DNA of 64,000 bases from contig JAYSFF010000002.1 in assembly GCA_041913425.1 (NCBI GenBank), positions 1,565-65,564 of the forward strand. Reading direction: 5' to 3'. A model generated the notes under the pieces. The model worked only from the letters and a program-made list of their open reading frames with translations, was not told the origin of the DNA and searched no databases. A program made the position numbers and the translations under genes. How positions within the stretch are numbered: position 1 is the first letter of the stretch; every line of letters begins with the position of its first letter. Of this stretch, positions 40,710 through 49,382 are shown piece after piece. Source of the stretch: Arenimonas sp. Its GTDB lineage: Bacteria > Pseudomonadota > Gammaproteobacteria > Xanthomonadales > Xanthomonadaceae.

Positions 40710-42244
40710 TGCGTGCCCGCGGCGCGCGCGCTGCCGGTGATGACCTGCTGGCCGGCGCGGAGGCCGCCGATCACTTCGCTGCGGCTGCCGTCGCTGGCGC
40801 CCAAACGGATCTCGACCGCGGTCGGCTCGCCCTTTTCCAGCACATACACGGTGGCGCGCTTGGCGCTGAACAGGGCCTGGATCTGCTGGTCCCACTGGCT
40901 TTGCTGGGCCGGCGTCAGCTCCGCGCGCACGGCCTCGAAAGCCTTGGCGAAGCGTTCGGCGAAGCGGCGCGTGCCGTTGCCGGAGCCGCCCGGTTGGCCG
41001 GAACCCGTACCGGCCGGAGCGCCTTGGCTGCCTACTCTGCCGGCCGCGGTCTGCGCGAAGCGTTGCATCATCTGCGCCATCTGCCGGGTGTACGCCTCGG
41101 CCGATTGCTCAAAGCGGGCGCTGGCCGCCGGCGAAGCTTTGATCTGCACCAGGAAATCGCGCATCGACTGCAGCTGCGCCTGCATGCGCTTGGTACGCTC
41201 CTCGGCCGACGGAATCGCGCTCGGCGTCGGGCCGCCGAAGGACAGGCCGTTGCTTGACGCCGCGGCGCTGGCCGGGCGGAAGCGCAGGGCCGCATTCGGG
41301 ATGGTCAGCACGCCGGTCTTGCGGCTGGTTATGATTTGGGCGGTCGCGGTCATGCCCGGCAGCAGCACCTGGTCGCTGTTGCCGACCTCGATCACCACCG
41401 GATAGGTGATGACGTTGTTGACGTTGTTGGCCGCCAAGCGGATCTGTTTCACCGCGCCGCGGAACTGGCGGTCGGGGAAGGCGTCGACGGTGAAGGTGGC
41501 CGGCTGGCCGACCTTGACCTGACCGATGTCGGATTCGTCGATGGCCAGCACGATCTCCATTTCGCTCAGATCGCCGGCGATGCGGAACAGTACCGGCGTC
41601 TGCAGGCTGGCCGCCACGGTCTGTCCGGGTTCAACGGCGCGCGCCAGCACGGTGCCCTTCACCGGCGAGCGGATGATGGTCTTGGCCAGATCCAGGCGCG
41701 CGCTGTTGAGGTTGGCCTGCTGCTGCTGGATCTGGGCCTGCGCGGCCTGTACCCGCGCCTTGGCCTGGTCGCGCTGGGCCAGGGCCAGGTCGCGCTCGGT
41801 GACCGACACCAGCTGCTTTTCGGCCAACTCGCGCTTGCGCTGGTATTCGCGCTCGGTGTTCAAGGCATTGGCGCGCGCCTCGGCCAATCCCGCCTGGGCG
41901 CTGGCCAGCGCCGCTTCGGCCTGGTTGACCCGGGCCTGGAAGGTGGAGGGATCGATGCGGGCGATGATCTGGCCCGGCTCGACCGTGTCGTTGAAGTCGA
42001 CCTCGACCGTCTGCAGGGTGCCGGACACCTGGGTGCCGACCTCGACCGTGGCGGTGGCGCCGAGCGTGCCGGTGGCCGAGATGCTGGATGACAGGTCGCC
42101 GACGGCGGCGGCTTCGCTGCGGTACTGGCCGGCGTCGGCGTCGCCCTTGCCGGCGAACTGGCGGTAGCCGAACCAGAGCGCGGCGAGGACGAGGACGGCG
42201 AGGACGAGCTTGCCTGCGGACAGACGGGATTTTTTGGAGGTCAT
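40706..42244 (-). CDS. MacA-like periplasmic adaptor (membrane fusion protein)
   Basis: N-terminal TM helix, VEVGTQVSG, coiled coil, GQTVAASLQTP and LLPGMTA. Confidence 0.9.
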   Translation of the reverse strand: MTSKKSRLSAGKLVLAVLVLAALWFGYRQFAGKGDADAGQYRSEAAAVGDLSSSISATGTLGATATVEVGTQVSGTLQTVEVDFNDTVEPGQIIARIDPSTFQARVNQAEAALASAQAGLAEARANALNTEREYQRKRELAEKQLVSVTERDLALAQRDQAKARVQAAQAQIQQQQANLNSARLDLAKTIIRSPVKGTVLARAVEPGQTVAASLQTPVLFRIAGDLSEMEIVLAIDESDIGQVKVGQPATFTVDAFPDRQFRGAVKQIRLAANNVNNVITYPVVIEVGNSDQVLLPGMTATAQIITSRKTGVLTIPNAALRFRPASAAASSNGLSFGGPTPSAIPSAEERTKRMQAQLQSMRDFLVQIKASPAASARFEQSAEAYTRQMAQMMQRFAQTAAGRVGSQGAPAGTGSGQPGGSGNGTRRFAERFAKAFEAVRAELTPAQQSQWDQQIQALFSAKRATVYVLEKGEPTAVEIRLGASDGSRSEVIGGLRAGQQVITGSARAAGTQ

Positions 42245-42260
42245 GGGAAAACTGCCGGTT

Positions 42261-43565
42261 TCAGTGCGATTCGGGATAGGATGCCGCGGGGATGGAAAGG
42301 GTCGCAACGGTGCCCTCGCCGGGCGTACTGGCCAGCTCGATGCGCCAGCCGAAGCGGTCGCAGAAGCGCTTTACCAGGGTCATGCCGATGCCCTTGCCGG
42401 CGGTGTTGCCGTTGTCGCCGCGGTAGAACAGGTCGAACACGCGCGCCAGCTGCGCGGCGTCCATGCCGATGCCGGTGTCGCGCACCTGCACGCGGCCCTG
42501 CCCGACCACGACTTCGATGCTGCCGCGGTCGGTGTAATGGCAGGCGTTGCGGATCAGGTTGCCGATGACGATGGAACACACGTAGTACGGCACGTCGATC
42601 TTGAAGTCGTCCTCGACCCGCACCGACAGCGTCACCGGCTTGCCGCGCAGCAGCATCTGCGCCTTGTCCACCTCGTCGCCGGCGGCCTCGGAGATCCAGT
42701 ACGGGTGCTCGGCGTGTCCGAGATCGTCCTCGCGCGCCAAAAGCAGGAAGCCTTCGATCAACGATTCCATTTCACGGCTGGCCTTCTGGATGCGCGCCAC
42801 CGAACGCTGCGCCGTCGGCGACAGGCAGGATTCGGCGGCGACCATGTCGGTCGCCACGCGGATCACGGTCAGCGGCGTGCGCAGCTCGTGCGAGGCGTTC
42901 GAGGTGAAGTTGCGTTCGCGCTCGACGAACTGCCCGATGCGCCGGCCCAGGTCGCGCAGCGCGGCCGCCAGCACCATGGCCTCGCTGTCCATGTCGGCCG
43001 GCAGCTTCTGCGGCGCCAGCGCCGATACGTCGGGCTGTTTCGGATCCCAACCGCGGACTTCGTTGGCCAGCCAGATCACCGGCGACACCAGGCGCTTGGA
43101 TGTGCGGTAGCTGAGCAGCACCATGACGTACACCACCACCAGCAGCAGCGCCAACGGCACCACGCCGAACCAGAACGCCAACGCGTCGACCTGCTCCTGC
43201 TTGAACACCAGCACCAGCTTCTGCCGGCCGCGGGTCTCGACCCAGATCAATTCGCCGCCGCGGCGTTTGTCCAGGCTATGGTAGCCGTTGCCGAGGTCGC
43301 GGTACTTGGGCGGCAAGGCCGGCGCGTCGCGCATGTCGAGCAGGTAGGCCTTCATGTTGAAAGTGTCCGGCACCTGCACCGCCGGATTGTTCCGGTACAG
43401 GCTCCAGAAATGCCTGGCCTCGTCCTGCAGGGCCTGCTTGATCAGCACGTCCTTGATCACCACCGAGGCGCCGTACACGCCGATGACCGCCGCGAAGCAG
43501 ATCGCGGCGGTCTGCAGCACGAAGGCCGTCCAGAATTTCTTCCTGAGGCCGTTCCCGCCGTTCAT
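42261..43565 (-). CDS. Sensor histidine kinase (ColS-like)
   Basis: Two TM helices, ASHELRTPL, NLIRNA, DTGIG and GIGM boxes. Confidence 0.9.
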   Translation of the reverse strand: MNGGNGLRKKFWTAFVLQTAAICFAAVIGVYGASVVIKDVLIKQALQDEARHFWSLYRNNPAVQVPDTFNMKAYLLDMRDAPALPPKYRDLGNGYHSLDKRRGGELIWVETRGRQKLVLVFKQEQVDALAFWFGVVPLALLLVVVYVMVLLSYRTSKRLVSPVIWLANEVRGWDPKQPDVSALAPQKLPADMDSEAMVLAAALRDLGRRIGQFVERERNFTSNASHELRTPLTVIRVATDMVAAESCLSPTAQRSVARIQKASREMESLIEGFLLLAREDDLGHAEHPYWISEAAGDEVDKAQMLLRGKPVTLSVRVEDDFKIDVPYYVCSIVIGNLIRNACHYTDRGSIEVVVGQGRVQVRDTGIGMDAAQLARVFDLFYRGDNGNTAGKGIGMTLVKRFCDRFGWRIELASTPGEGTVATLSIPAASYPESH

Positions 43566-44275
43566 GCCTTGGGCTGTTCGTCCAGGTCGACGATGCGGTA
43601 GCCGGCGGTCTGCACGGTGTGCAGCAGCTGCTTGTCGAAGCCGCGGTCGATGACCTTGCGCAGGTTGTACAGGTGGCTGCGCAGGGTGTCGGATTCGGGC
43701 AGCTCGTCACCCCAGATCTCGCGCTCGATGTCGCGCCGCGACACCACCCGCGGCGACTCGCGCATCAGGATGCCGAGCAGGCGCAGGGCGATCGGCGACA
43801 GCGCCAGGTCCTTGCCGGCGCGGGTGGCGCGCAGGCTGCCGGTGTCGAGCACCAGGTCGGCGACCTGGTAGACCTCGGTGCTGACCTGCCGGCGTTCGCG
43901 CCGGATCAGGGCGCGGATGCGGGCTTCCAGCTCCTGGATGGCGAACGGCTTGATCAGGTAGTCGTCGGCGCCGGCCTCCAGGCCGAGCACCTTGTCGGAC
44001 ACGGCGTCGCGCGCGGTCAGCATCAGCACCGGCGTGGCGATTTTGGCCTCCTCGCGCAGCTTGCGGCAGACCTGCAGGCCGTCCATGCGCGGCAGATTCA
44101 GGTCGAGCACGATGACGTCGTAGCTGTTGGCCGTGGCCAGGCGGTAGCCGTCGACGCCGTCGCCGGCATAGTCGACGCCGTAGCCCTTGTTCTCGAAATA
44201 CTCGCCGACGACTTCCGACAGGCTGCGGTTGTCTTCGACCAACAGGATCAGACCGGATTGGGTATCGCGCTTCAT
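43562..44275 (-). CDS. OmpR-family response regulator (ColR-like)
   Basis: VED, LDLNLP, GADDYLIKPF, and SDTLRSHLYNLRK..LLHTV winged helix typical of ColR. Confidence 0.9.
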   Translation of the reverse strand: MKRDTQSGLILLVEDNRSLSEVVGEYFENKGYGVDYAGDGVDGYRLATANSYDVIVLDLNLPRMDGLQVCRKLREEAKIATPVLMLTARDAVSDKVLGLEAGADDYLIKPFAIQELEARIRALIRRERRQVSTEVYQVADLVLDTGSLRATRAGKDLALSPIALRLLGILMRESPRVVSRRDIEREIWGDELPESDTLRSHLYNLRKVIDRGFDKQLLHTVQTAGYRIVDLDEQPKA

Positions 44276-44326
44276 GTTGCCTCCACGGCTGTCTTCAGCT
44301 TTGTGAAGAAGAATGCCCCGTGCCGG

Positions 44327-44342
44327 GTGAGCGCCGCGTGAA
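44327..44342 (-). promoter_or_regulatory. Candidate ColR-type tandem box
   Basis: TTCAC-N6-CTCAC (11-bp period) on the minus strand, about 50 nt upstream of the regulator start. Confidence 0.45.
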
Positions 44343-44348
44343 CCGGGC

Positions 44349-44651
44349 TCAGAACGGGATTTTCCCGGTCAGGATGTCCTTGTACATGATCCAGTCGGAC
44401 ACGAAGGAATACAGCGGATGCTTGAAGGTGGCCGGCCGGTTCTTCTCGAACGCGAAATGTCCGACCCAGGCGAAACCGTAACCGCAGACGAACGCGGCCG
44501 GCAGCCAGAACCATTGGCCGGTCAGCAACAGGGCCGCCAGACAGCCCAAGGTGAGCGAGCTGCCGATGAAATGCAGACGGCGGCAGGTGCGGTTGCTGTG
44601 TTCGCCGAGATAGAACGGATAGAACTCGGCCAGGGAATCAAAGCGGGTCAT
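44349..44651 (-). CDS. DUF962 (Mpo1-like) membrane protein
   Basis: FYPFYLGEH, RRLHFIG and WVGHFAFEKNRPATF motifs. Confidence 0.88.
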   Translation of the reverse strand: MTRFDSLAEFYPFYLGEHSNRTCRRLHFIGSSLTLGCLAALLLTGQWFWLPAAFVCGYGFAWVGHFAFEKNRPATFKHPLYSFVSDWIMYKDILTGKIPF

Positions 44652-45438
44652 TGGCGGCCTCCTCGTGTTTCGCCAGTTGCCAAAGGGCTTCCTGCGCGCT
44701 CAGGTCCAGTTGCGGCAAACCCTGTCCGCGCGCGGCGGCCAAGCGCTCCATGGCGCGGAAGCGGCGCTCGAACTTGGCGTTGGCCCGGCGCAGCGCGGCG
44801 CCGAAATCGACCTTGGCGTGCCGTGCCAGGTTCACGCAGACGAACAGGATATCGCCGATTTCGTCTTCCAGCGCCTCGTGGCCGCGGCCTTTGGCGAATT
44901 CGGCGCGGACTTCGCCGATCTCCTCCTGCAGCTTGGCGAACACGCCCTCCACGTCCGGCCAGTCGAAGCCGGCGCCGGCCGCGCGCTTCTGCAGTTTGGT
45001 GGCGCGTTGCCATTCGGGCAGGCCGCGGGCGATGCCGGCCAAGGCGCTGCCGTCGCCGCCGGCTTGGCGCTCCCGGCGTTTATGCTCTTCCCAGGCGACG
45101 GTCTGCGCTTCGGCATCGGCGACCTGGACATCACCAAACACATGCGGATGCCGGCGCACCATCTTGTCGTTGATGGCGGCGGCGACGTCATCGAACGCGA
45201 ACAGGCCGCGCTCCTGCGCCAATTGGGCATGGAACACCACCTGCAGCAACAGATCGCCGAGCTCGTCCTTCAGGTCGTCGAAATCGCCGCGCTCGGCGGC
45301 GTCGGCGACCTCGTAGGCTTCTTCGATGGCGTACGGCGCCAGCGAGCGGAAATCCTGTTCCAGGTCCCACGGGCAGCCGCTGTCGGGATCGCGCAAGGCG
45401 CGCATGATGCCCAGCAGCCGCTGCAGTTCGGCGCTCAC
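44638..45438 (-). CDS. mazG: Nucleoside triphosphate pyrophosphohydrolase
   Basis: GTG 45438; GCPWD, IEEAYEV, ELGDLLLQVVFH and KFERRF motifs. Confidence 0.95.
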   Translation of the reverse strand: MSAELQRLLGIMRALRDPDSGCPWDLEQDFRSLAPYAIEEAYEVADAAERGDFDDLKDELGDLLLQVVFHAQLAQERGLFAFDDVAAAINDKMVRRHPHVFGDVQVADAEAQTVAWEEHKRRERQAGGDGSALAGIARGLPEWQRATKLQKRAAGAGFDWPDVEGVFAKLQEEIGEVRAEFAKGRGHEALEDEIGDILFVCVNLARHAKVDFGAALRRANAKFERRFRAMERLAAARGQGLPQLDLSAQEALWQLAKHEEAANDPL

Positions 45439-46214
45439 AGCCAGTCCCGCCAGGCGATACCGCGGTCGCCGACCGCGATGAAGTGCGGATTCAGCAGCGA
45501 TTCCTTGCTGTTGTAGCGCAGCGGATGGCCGTCCAGGGTGAACACGCCGCCGCCGGCGCCTTCCAGCACCGCCTGCGCGGCGGCGGTATCCCATTCCGAA
45601 GTCGGACCGAAGCGCGGATACAGGTCGATTTCGCCGGTGGCGATCTTGCAGAACTTGAGCGAGGAGCCCAGGCCGACGGTGTCGACCGCGCCGATGCGGT
45701 CGAGATAGGCCTGGGTCGCCGGATCGCGGTGCGAACGGCTGGCCGCCACACGCAAGGTGTCGGGCGCCACGGCTACGCGGGCTTCGCCGCGGGCGGCGCC
45801 CTGTTGCCAGAACGTGCCGAGTCCGTGGCCGCCGACCAGCAACCAGTCCAAGGCCGGCGCGTACACCACGCCCAGCACCGGCCGGCCGTGGTCGATCAGC
45901 GCGATATTGACCGTGAACTCGTCGTTCTTCTTGACGAACTCGCGGGTGCCGTCGAGCGGATCTACCAGCCAGTAGCGCGACCAGGCGCGGCGCTCGGGCC
46001 AGTCGATGGCGGCCGACTCCTCGGACAGGATCGGCAAGCCGCCGTCGAGTTCCGGCAGGCGCGACACGATGCAACGGTGCGCGGCCAGGTCAGCCTGGGT
46101 CAGCGGCGACGCGTCGTCCTTGGCCATGACCTCGAAATCCTGCGCGTACACCGCCATGATTTCCTCGCCGGCACGGCGGGCGATGTCGGCCAAGGGTTCG
46201 ATCCAGCCCTTCAT
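45435..46214 (-). CDS. cysQ: 3'(2'),5'-bisphosphate nucleotidase
   Basis: SPLTQAD, DPLDGTREF, GSSLK and EWDTAA motifs. Confidence 0.95.
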   Translation of the reverse strand: MKGWIEPLADIARRAGEEIMAVYAQDFEVMAKDDASPLTQADLAAHRCIVSRLPELDGGLPILSEESAAIDWPERRAWSRYWLVDPLDGTREFVKKNDEFTVNIALIDHGRPVLGVVYAPALDWLLVGGHGLGTFWQQGAARGEARVAVAPDTLRVAASRSHRDPATQAYLDRIGAVDTVGLGSSLKFCKIATGEIDLYPRFGPTSEWDTAAAQAVLEGAGGGVFTLDGHPLRYNSKESLLNPHFIAVGDRGIAWRDWL

Positions 46215-46753
46215 TGCGCCGCCATCAGTTCTTTCAGCACCAACAGGGCGGCCAGGCTGCGTCCTTCCGAGCAATCCTCGCGCAGCACCAGTTCATGCAG
46301 GCGGTCGAGCCGCCAAGGCACCACTTCCATCTCTTCCGGCTCGTCGCCGGGCAGGCGTTCGGGATACAGGTCCTCGGCCAGCACCAGGTCGATGGCATGG
46401 CTCATGTAGGTCGGCGCCAAGGTGATCGAGCGCAGCACGCGCAGCGAACGGGCGCCGTAGCCGGCCTCTTCCTTCAGCTCGCGGTTGGCGGCTTCGAGCA
46501 CGGTCTCGCCGAGGTCGATGCGGCCCTTGGGCAGGCACAGCTCGTAGCGGTGGGTGCCGGCGGCGTACTCCCGGATCAACAGCACGGTATCCTTGTCGGG
46601 CATGGCGGCGATCATCACCGCGCCGTGGCCCTGCTGTACGGCGCGTTCGTAGCGCCGGCGTTCGCCGTTGGAGAATTCGAGGTCGAGCACTTCCCGCGTG
46701 CCGTGGCTGTTTTCAATCACTTGCCGGGAATGGATAATAGGCAGGGAAGTCAT
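46211..46753 (-). CDS. nudE: ADP compounds hydrolase
   Basis: LEFSNG..YER and LPKG..ANRELKEEAGYGA; adjacent to cysQ. Confidence 0.9.
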   Translation of the reverse strand: MTSLPIIHSRQVIENSHGTREVLDLEFSNGERRRYERAVQQGHGAVMIAAMPDKDTVLLIREYAAGTHRYELCLPKGRIDLGETVLEAANRELKEEAGYGARSLRVLRSITLAPTYMSHAIDLVLAEDLYPERLPGDEPEEMEVVPWRLDRLHELVLREDCSEGRSLAALLVLKELMAAQ

Positions 46754-46805
46754 GGTTTTCATTGTCGCGCGTTTCCGCCGGACTGACTAGATAGGAAGAC
46801 GAGAT

Positions 46806-48191
46806 ATGTCCCGCTACACCCCGCCGCGCGACAGCGCCGAATGGCTCCGCCGGGACCTGGCCGTCCTCTGGCATCCCTGCACCCAGATGCGCGAGCATCC
46901 CGACGCCCTGCCCCTGGTGCCGATCCGCCGCGGCCGCGGCGCCTGGCTGGAGGGCATGGACGGCACCCGCTACCTGGACGCGGTCAGCAGCTGGTGGACC
47001 AACCTGTTCGGCCATGCCGAGCCGCGCATCGCCGCGGCCGTCGCCGCGCAGGCGCGCGAGCTCGAGCACGTGATCTTCGCCGGCTTCTCGCACGAGCCCG
47101 GCCTGCAGTTGGGTGAATCCCTGCTGGCGCGCGCACCGCGCCAAGCCGGCCGGCCGCCGCTGGCGCGCGTGTTCTACGCCGACAACGGCTCGGCGGCGAT
47201 CGAGGTGGCGTTGAAGATGAGCTTCCACAGCCACCGCAACCGCGGCAATGACAAGCGCACGCGCTTCGTGGCGCTGGGCAACAGCTACCACGGCGAGACT
47301 CTGGGCGCGCTGTCGATGGGCGACATCCCGCTGTACCGCCGCACCTACGCGCCATTGCTGCTGCAGCCGCTGTTCGCGCCCTCGCCGGACGCGTTTGCGG
47401 CCGAGCCCGGCGAATCGGCCGAAGCCTGCGCCCTGCGCCGGGCCGATGAGTTGGCGGCGATCTTCGAGGCGCACCCCGGCGAGATCAGCGCGTTGATCCT
47501 GGAGCCGCTGGTGCAATGCGCCGGCGGCATGCGCATGCACCACCCGGCCTATCTGCGCCGCGCGCGCGAGATCTGCGACGCGCACGGCGCGCACCTGATC
47601 GCCGACGAGATCGCGGTCGGCTTCGGCCGTACCGGCACTCTGTTCGCCTGCGAGCAGGCCGGCATCGCGCCGGATTTCCTGTGCCTGTCGAAAGGCCTGA
47701 CCGGCGGCTTCCTGCCGCTGTCGGCGGTGCTGACCACCGAACACGTGTACGAGGCCTTCCTGGACGACTCGCGCGAGCGCGCCTTCCTGCACTCGCACAG
47801 CTACAGCGGCAATCCGCTGGCCTGCGCCGCGGCGCTGGCCTCGCTGGCGATCTTCGACGAAGACGACGTGCTGGCGCGCAACCGCCGCACCGCCGCACGC
47901 ATGGCCGAATTGGCCGCACCCCTGGCGGCGCATCCGCAGGTGGCCGAGATCCGGCAGACCGGCATGATCCTGGCCATCGAGACCCGGGCCGCCAGCGGCG
48001 GCGACGGCACCGCGGTCGAGATCGCCGGCGGCATGGGCCTGCGCGCCTACCGGCACGCGATTTCCCGCGGCGTGGTGCTGCGCCCGCTCGGCGACGTGCT
48101 GTACTGGATGCCGCCCTATTGCGTCGGCGAAGAAGAATTGCGGCATCTGGCCGACGTCACCACCACCGCGCTCACGGAGGCGTTCGCATGA
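46806..48191 (+). CDS. bioA: Adenosylmethionine-8-amino-7-oxononanoate aminotransferase
   Basis: WHPCTQM, DAVSSWW, YHGET, DEIAVGFGRTG and SKGLTGG motifs. Confidence 0.94.
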   Translation: MSRYTPPRDSAEWLRRDLAVLWHPCTQMREHPDALPLVPIRRGRGAWLEGMDGTRYLDAVSSWWTNLFGHAEPRIAAAVAAQARELEHVIFAGFSHEPGLQLGESLLARAPRQAGRPPLARVFYADNGSAAIEVALKMSFHSHRNRGNDKRTRFVALGNSYHGETLGALSMGDIPLYRRTYAPLLLQPLFAPSPDAFAAEPGESAEACALRRADELAAIFEAHPGEISALILEPLVQCAGGMRMHHPAYLRRAREICDAHGAHLIADEIAVGFGRTGTLFACEQAGIAPDFLCLSKGLTGGFLPLSAVLTTEHVYEAFLDDSRERAFLHSHSYSGNPLACAAALASLAIFDEDDVLARNRRTAARMAELAAPLAAHPQVAEIRQTGMILAIETRAASGGDGTAVEIAGGMGLRAYRHAISRGVVLRPLGDVLYWMPPYCVGEEELRHLADVTTTALTEAFA

Positions 48192-48919
48192 GGACCATCC
48201 GCAGTTTCATCGACCTGCCGCTGCAGCCGGAACAGGAGCTGGTCTTGCCCGAGACCATCACCAACCACGTGGTGCGGGTGCTGCGCCTGCAGGCCGGCGA
48301 GGTGTTCCACCTGTTCAACGGCGACGGCTTCGATTACCCGGCCGAGATCCTGACGCTGGAGAAGCGCGGCGCGCGCGTGCGCGTGACCGCGCGCCTGCCG
48401 GTGGCGACCGAATCGCCGCTGCGCATCCACCTGTACCAGAGCATCGCGCGCGGCGAGAAGATGGACTTCATCCTGCAGAAAGCCACCGAGCTCGGCGTGT
48501 CGGCGTTCACCCCGATCGTATCCGACCGCACCGAGGTGAAGCTGGACGGCGAACGCTCGGACAAGAAGCTGGCGCATTGGCAGGGCGTGGTGCGCTCGGC
48601 CTGCGAGCAGAGCGGCCGCGCGCGCGTGCCGGCGGTCAACGAACCGGTCGCCATCCACCGCCTGACGCCGGCCGACGGCCCGCGCCAGGCGTTCCATCTG
48701 CAGCCCGGCGCCGGGCGGCGCATCGGGGATCTGTCGCTCGACCTGGACCGGGAACTGAGCCTGGCGATCGGTCCGGAAGGCGGTTTCAGCGAGCGCGACA
48801 TCCAGCTGCTGCGCACCGCCGGATTCGAAGGGCTTGGCCTGGGCCCGCGCATCCTGCGCACCGAAACCGCCGGCATCGCCTTGGTGGCGGCGTTGCAGTC
48901 GCGCTTCGGCGACTGGTGA
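48188..48919 (+). CDS. rsmE: 16S rRNA m3U1498 methyltransferase
   Basis: HVVRVLRL, QKATELG, EQSGR, IGPEGG and LGPRILRTETA motifs. Confidence 0.96.
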   Translation: MRTIRSFIDLPLQPEQELVLPETITNHVVRVLRLQAGEVFHLFNGDGFDYPAEILTLEKRGARVRVTARLPVATESPLRIHLYQSIARGEKMDFILQKATELGVSAFTPIVSDRTEVKLDGERSDKKLAHWQGVVRSACEQSGRARVPAVNEPVAIHRLTPADGPRQAFHLQPGAGRRIGDLSLDLDRELSLAIGPEGGFSERDIQLLRTAGFEGLGLGPRILRTETAGIALVAALQSRFGDW

Positions 48920-49369
48920 TCAGAGCCGCTCGAGGATCAGGCGTTCGACCGCTTCCAGGTTCGGCACGGCGACGGCGTCGTTGTCGAGATAGGCGGAGCC
49001 GAACAAGGCGCTGGCATGCTCGGGGTCGTCGATCAGCTGGTCGGAGGCGATGTTGACCAGGCGCGGAAAGCCCTGGGTCAAGAGCGCGAAGTACGGCAGC
49101 CGGGTTTCGCCGGACAAGCCCTTCAGGATGGCGATCTTGGCGCCGGCCAGGCTTTCGCGCGGCTCCCAGCCGGCCATCGCCGAGAACGAGACCAGCGGCA
49201 GGCGGTAGCCTTTCCAGCGGATGGCGCCCAGATACCAGTCGGGCTTGCCATCGACCGCTTCCGGCGCGGCATAGGTCACGATTTCCGAAACCGTGGTGTT
49301 CGGCAGCAGCAGCTTCCCGCCCGGAAGGGCGATCAGCACCGTACGCAGTTGTTCGACTTGGGTTTCCAT
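48920..49369 (-). CDS. chpC: CheW-like protein ChpC
   Basis: LLLPNTTVSEIV, WYLGAIRW and QGFPRL; last gene of the chp cluster. Confidence 0.85.
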   Translation of the reverse strand: METQVEQLRTVLIALPGGKLLLPNTTVSEIVTYAAPEAVDGKPDWYLGAIRWKGYRLPLVSFSAMAGWEPRESLAGAKIAILKGLSGETRLPYFALLTQGFPRLVNIASDQLIDDPEHASALFGSAYLDNDAVAVPNLEAVERLILERL

Positions 49370-49382
49370 AGCATCCCTTCCG

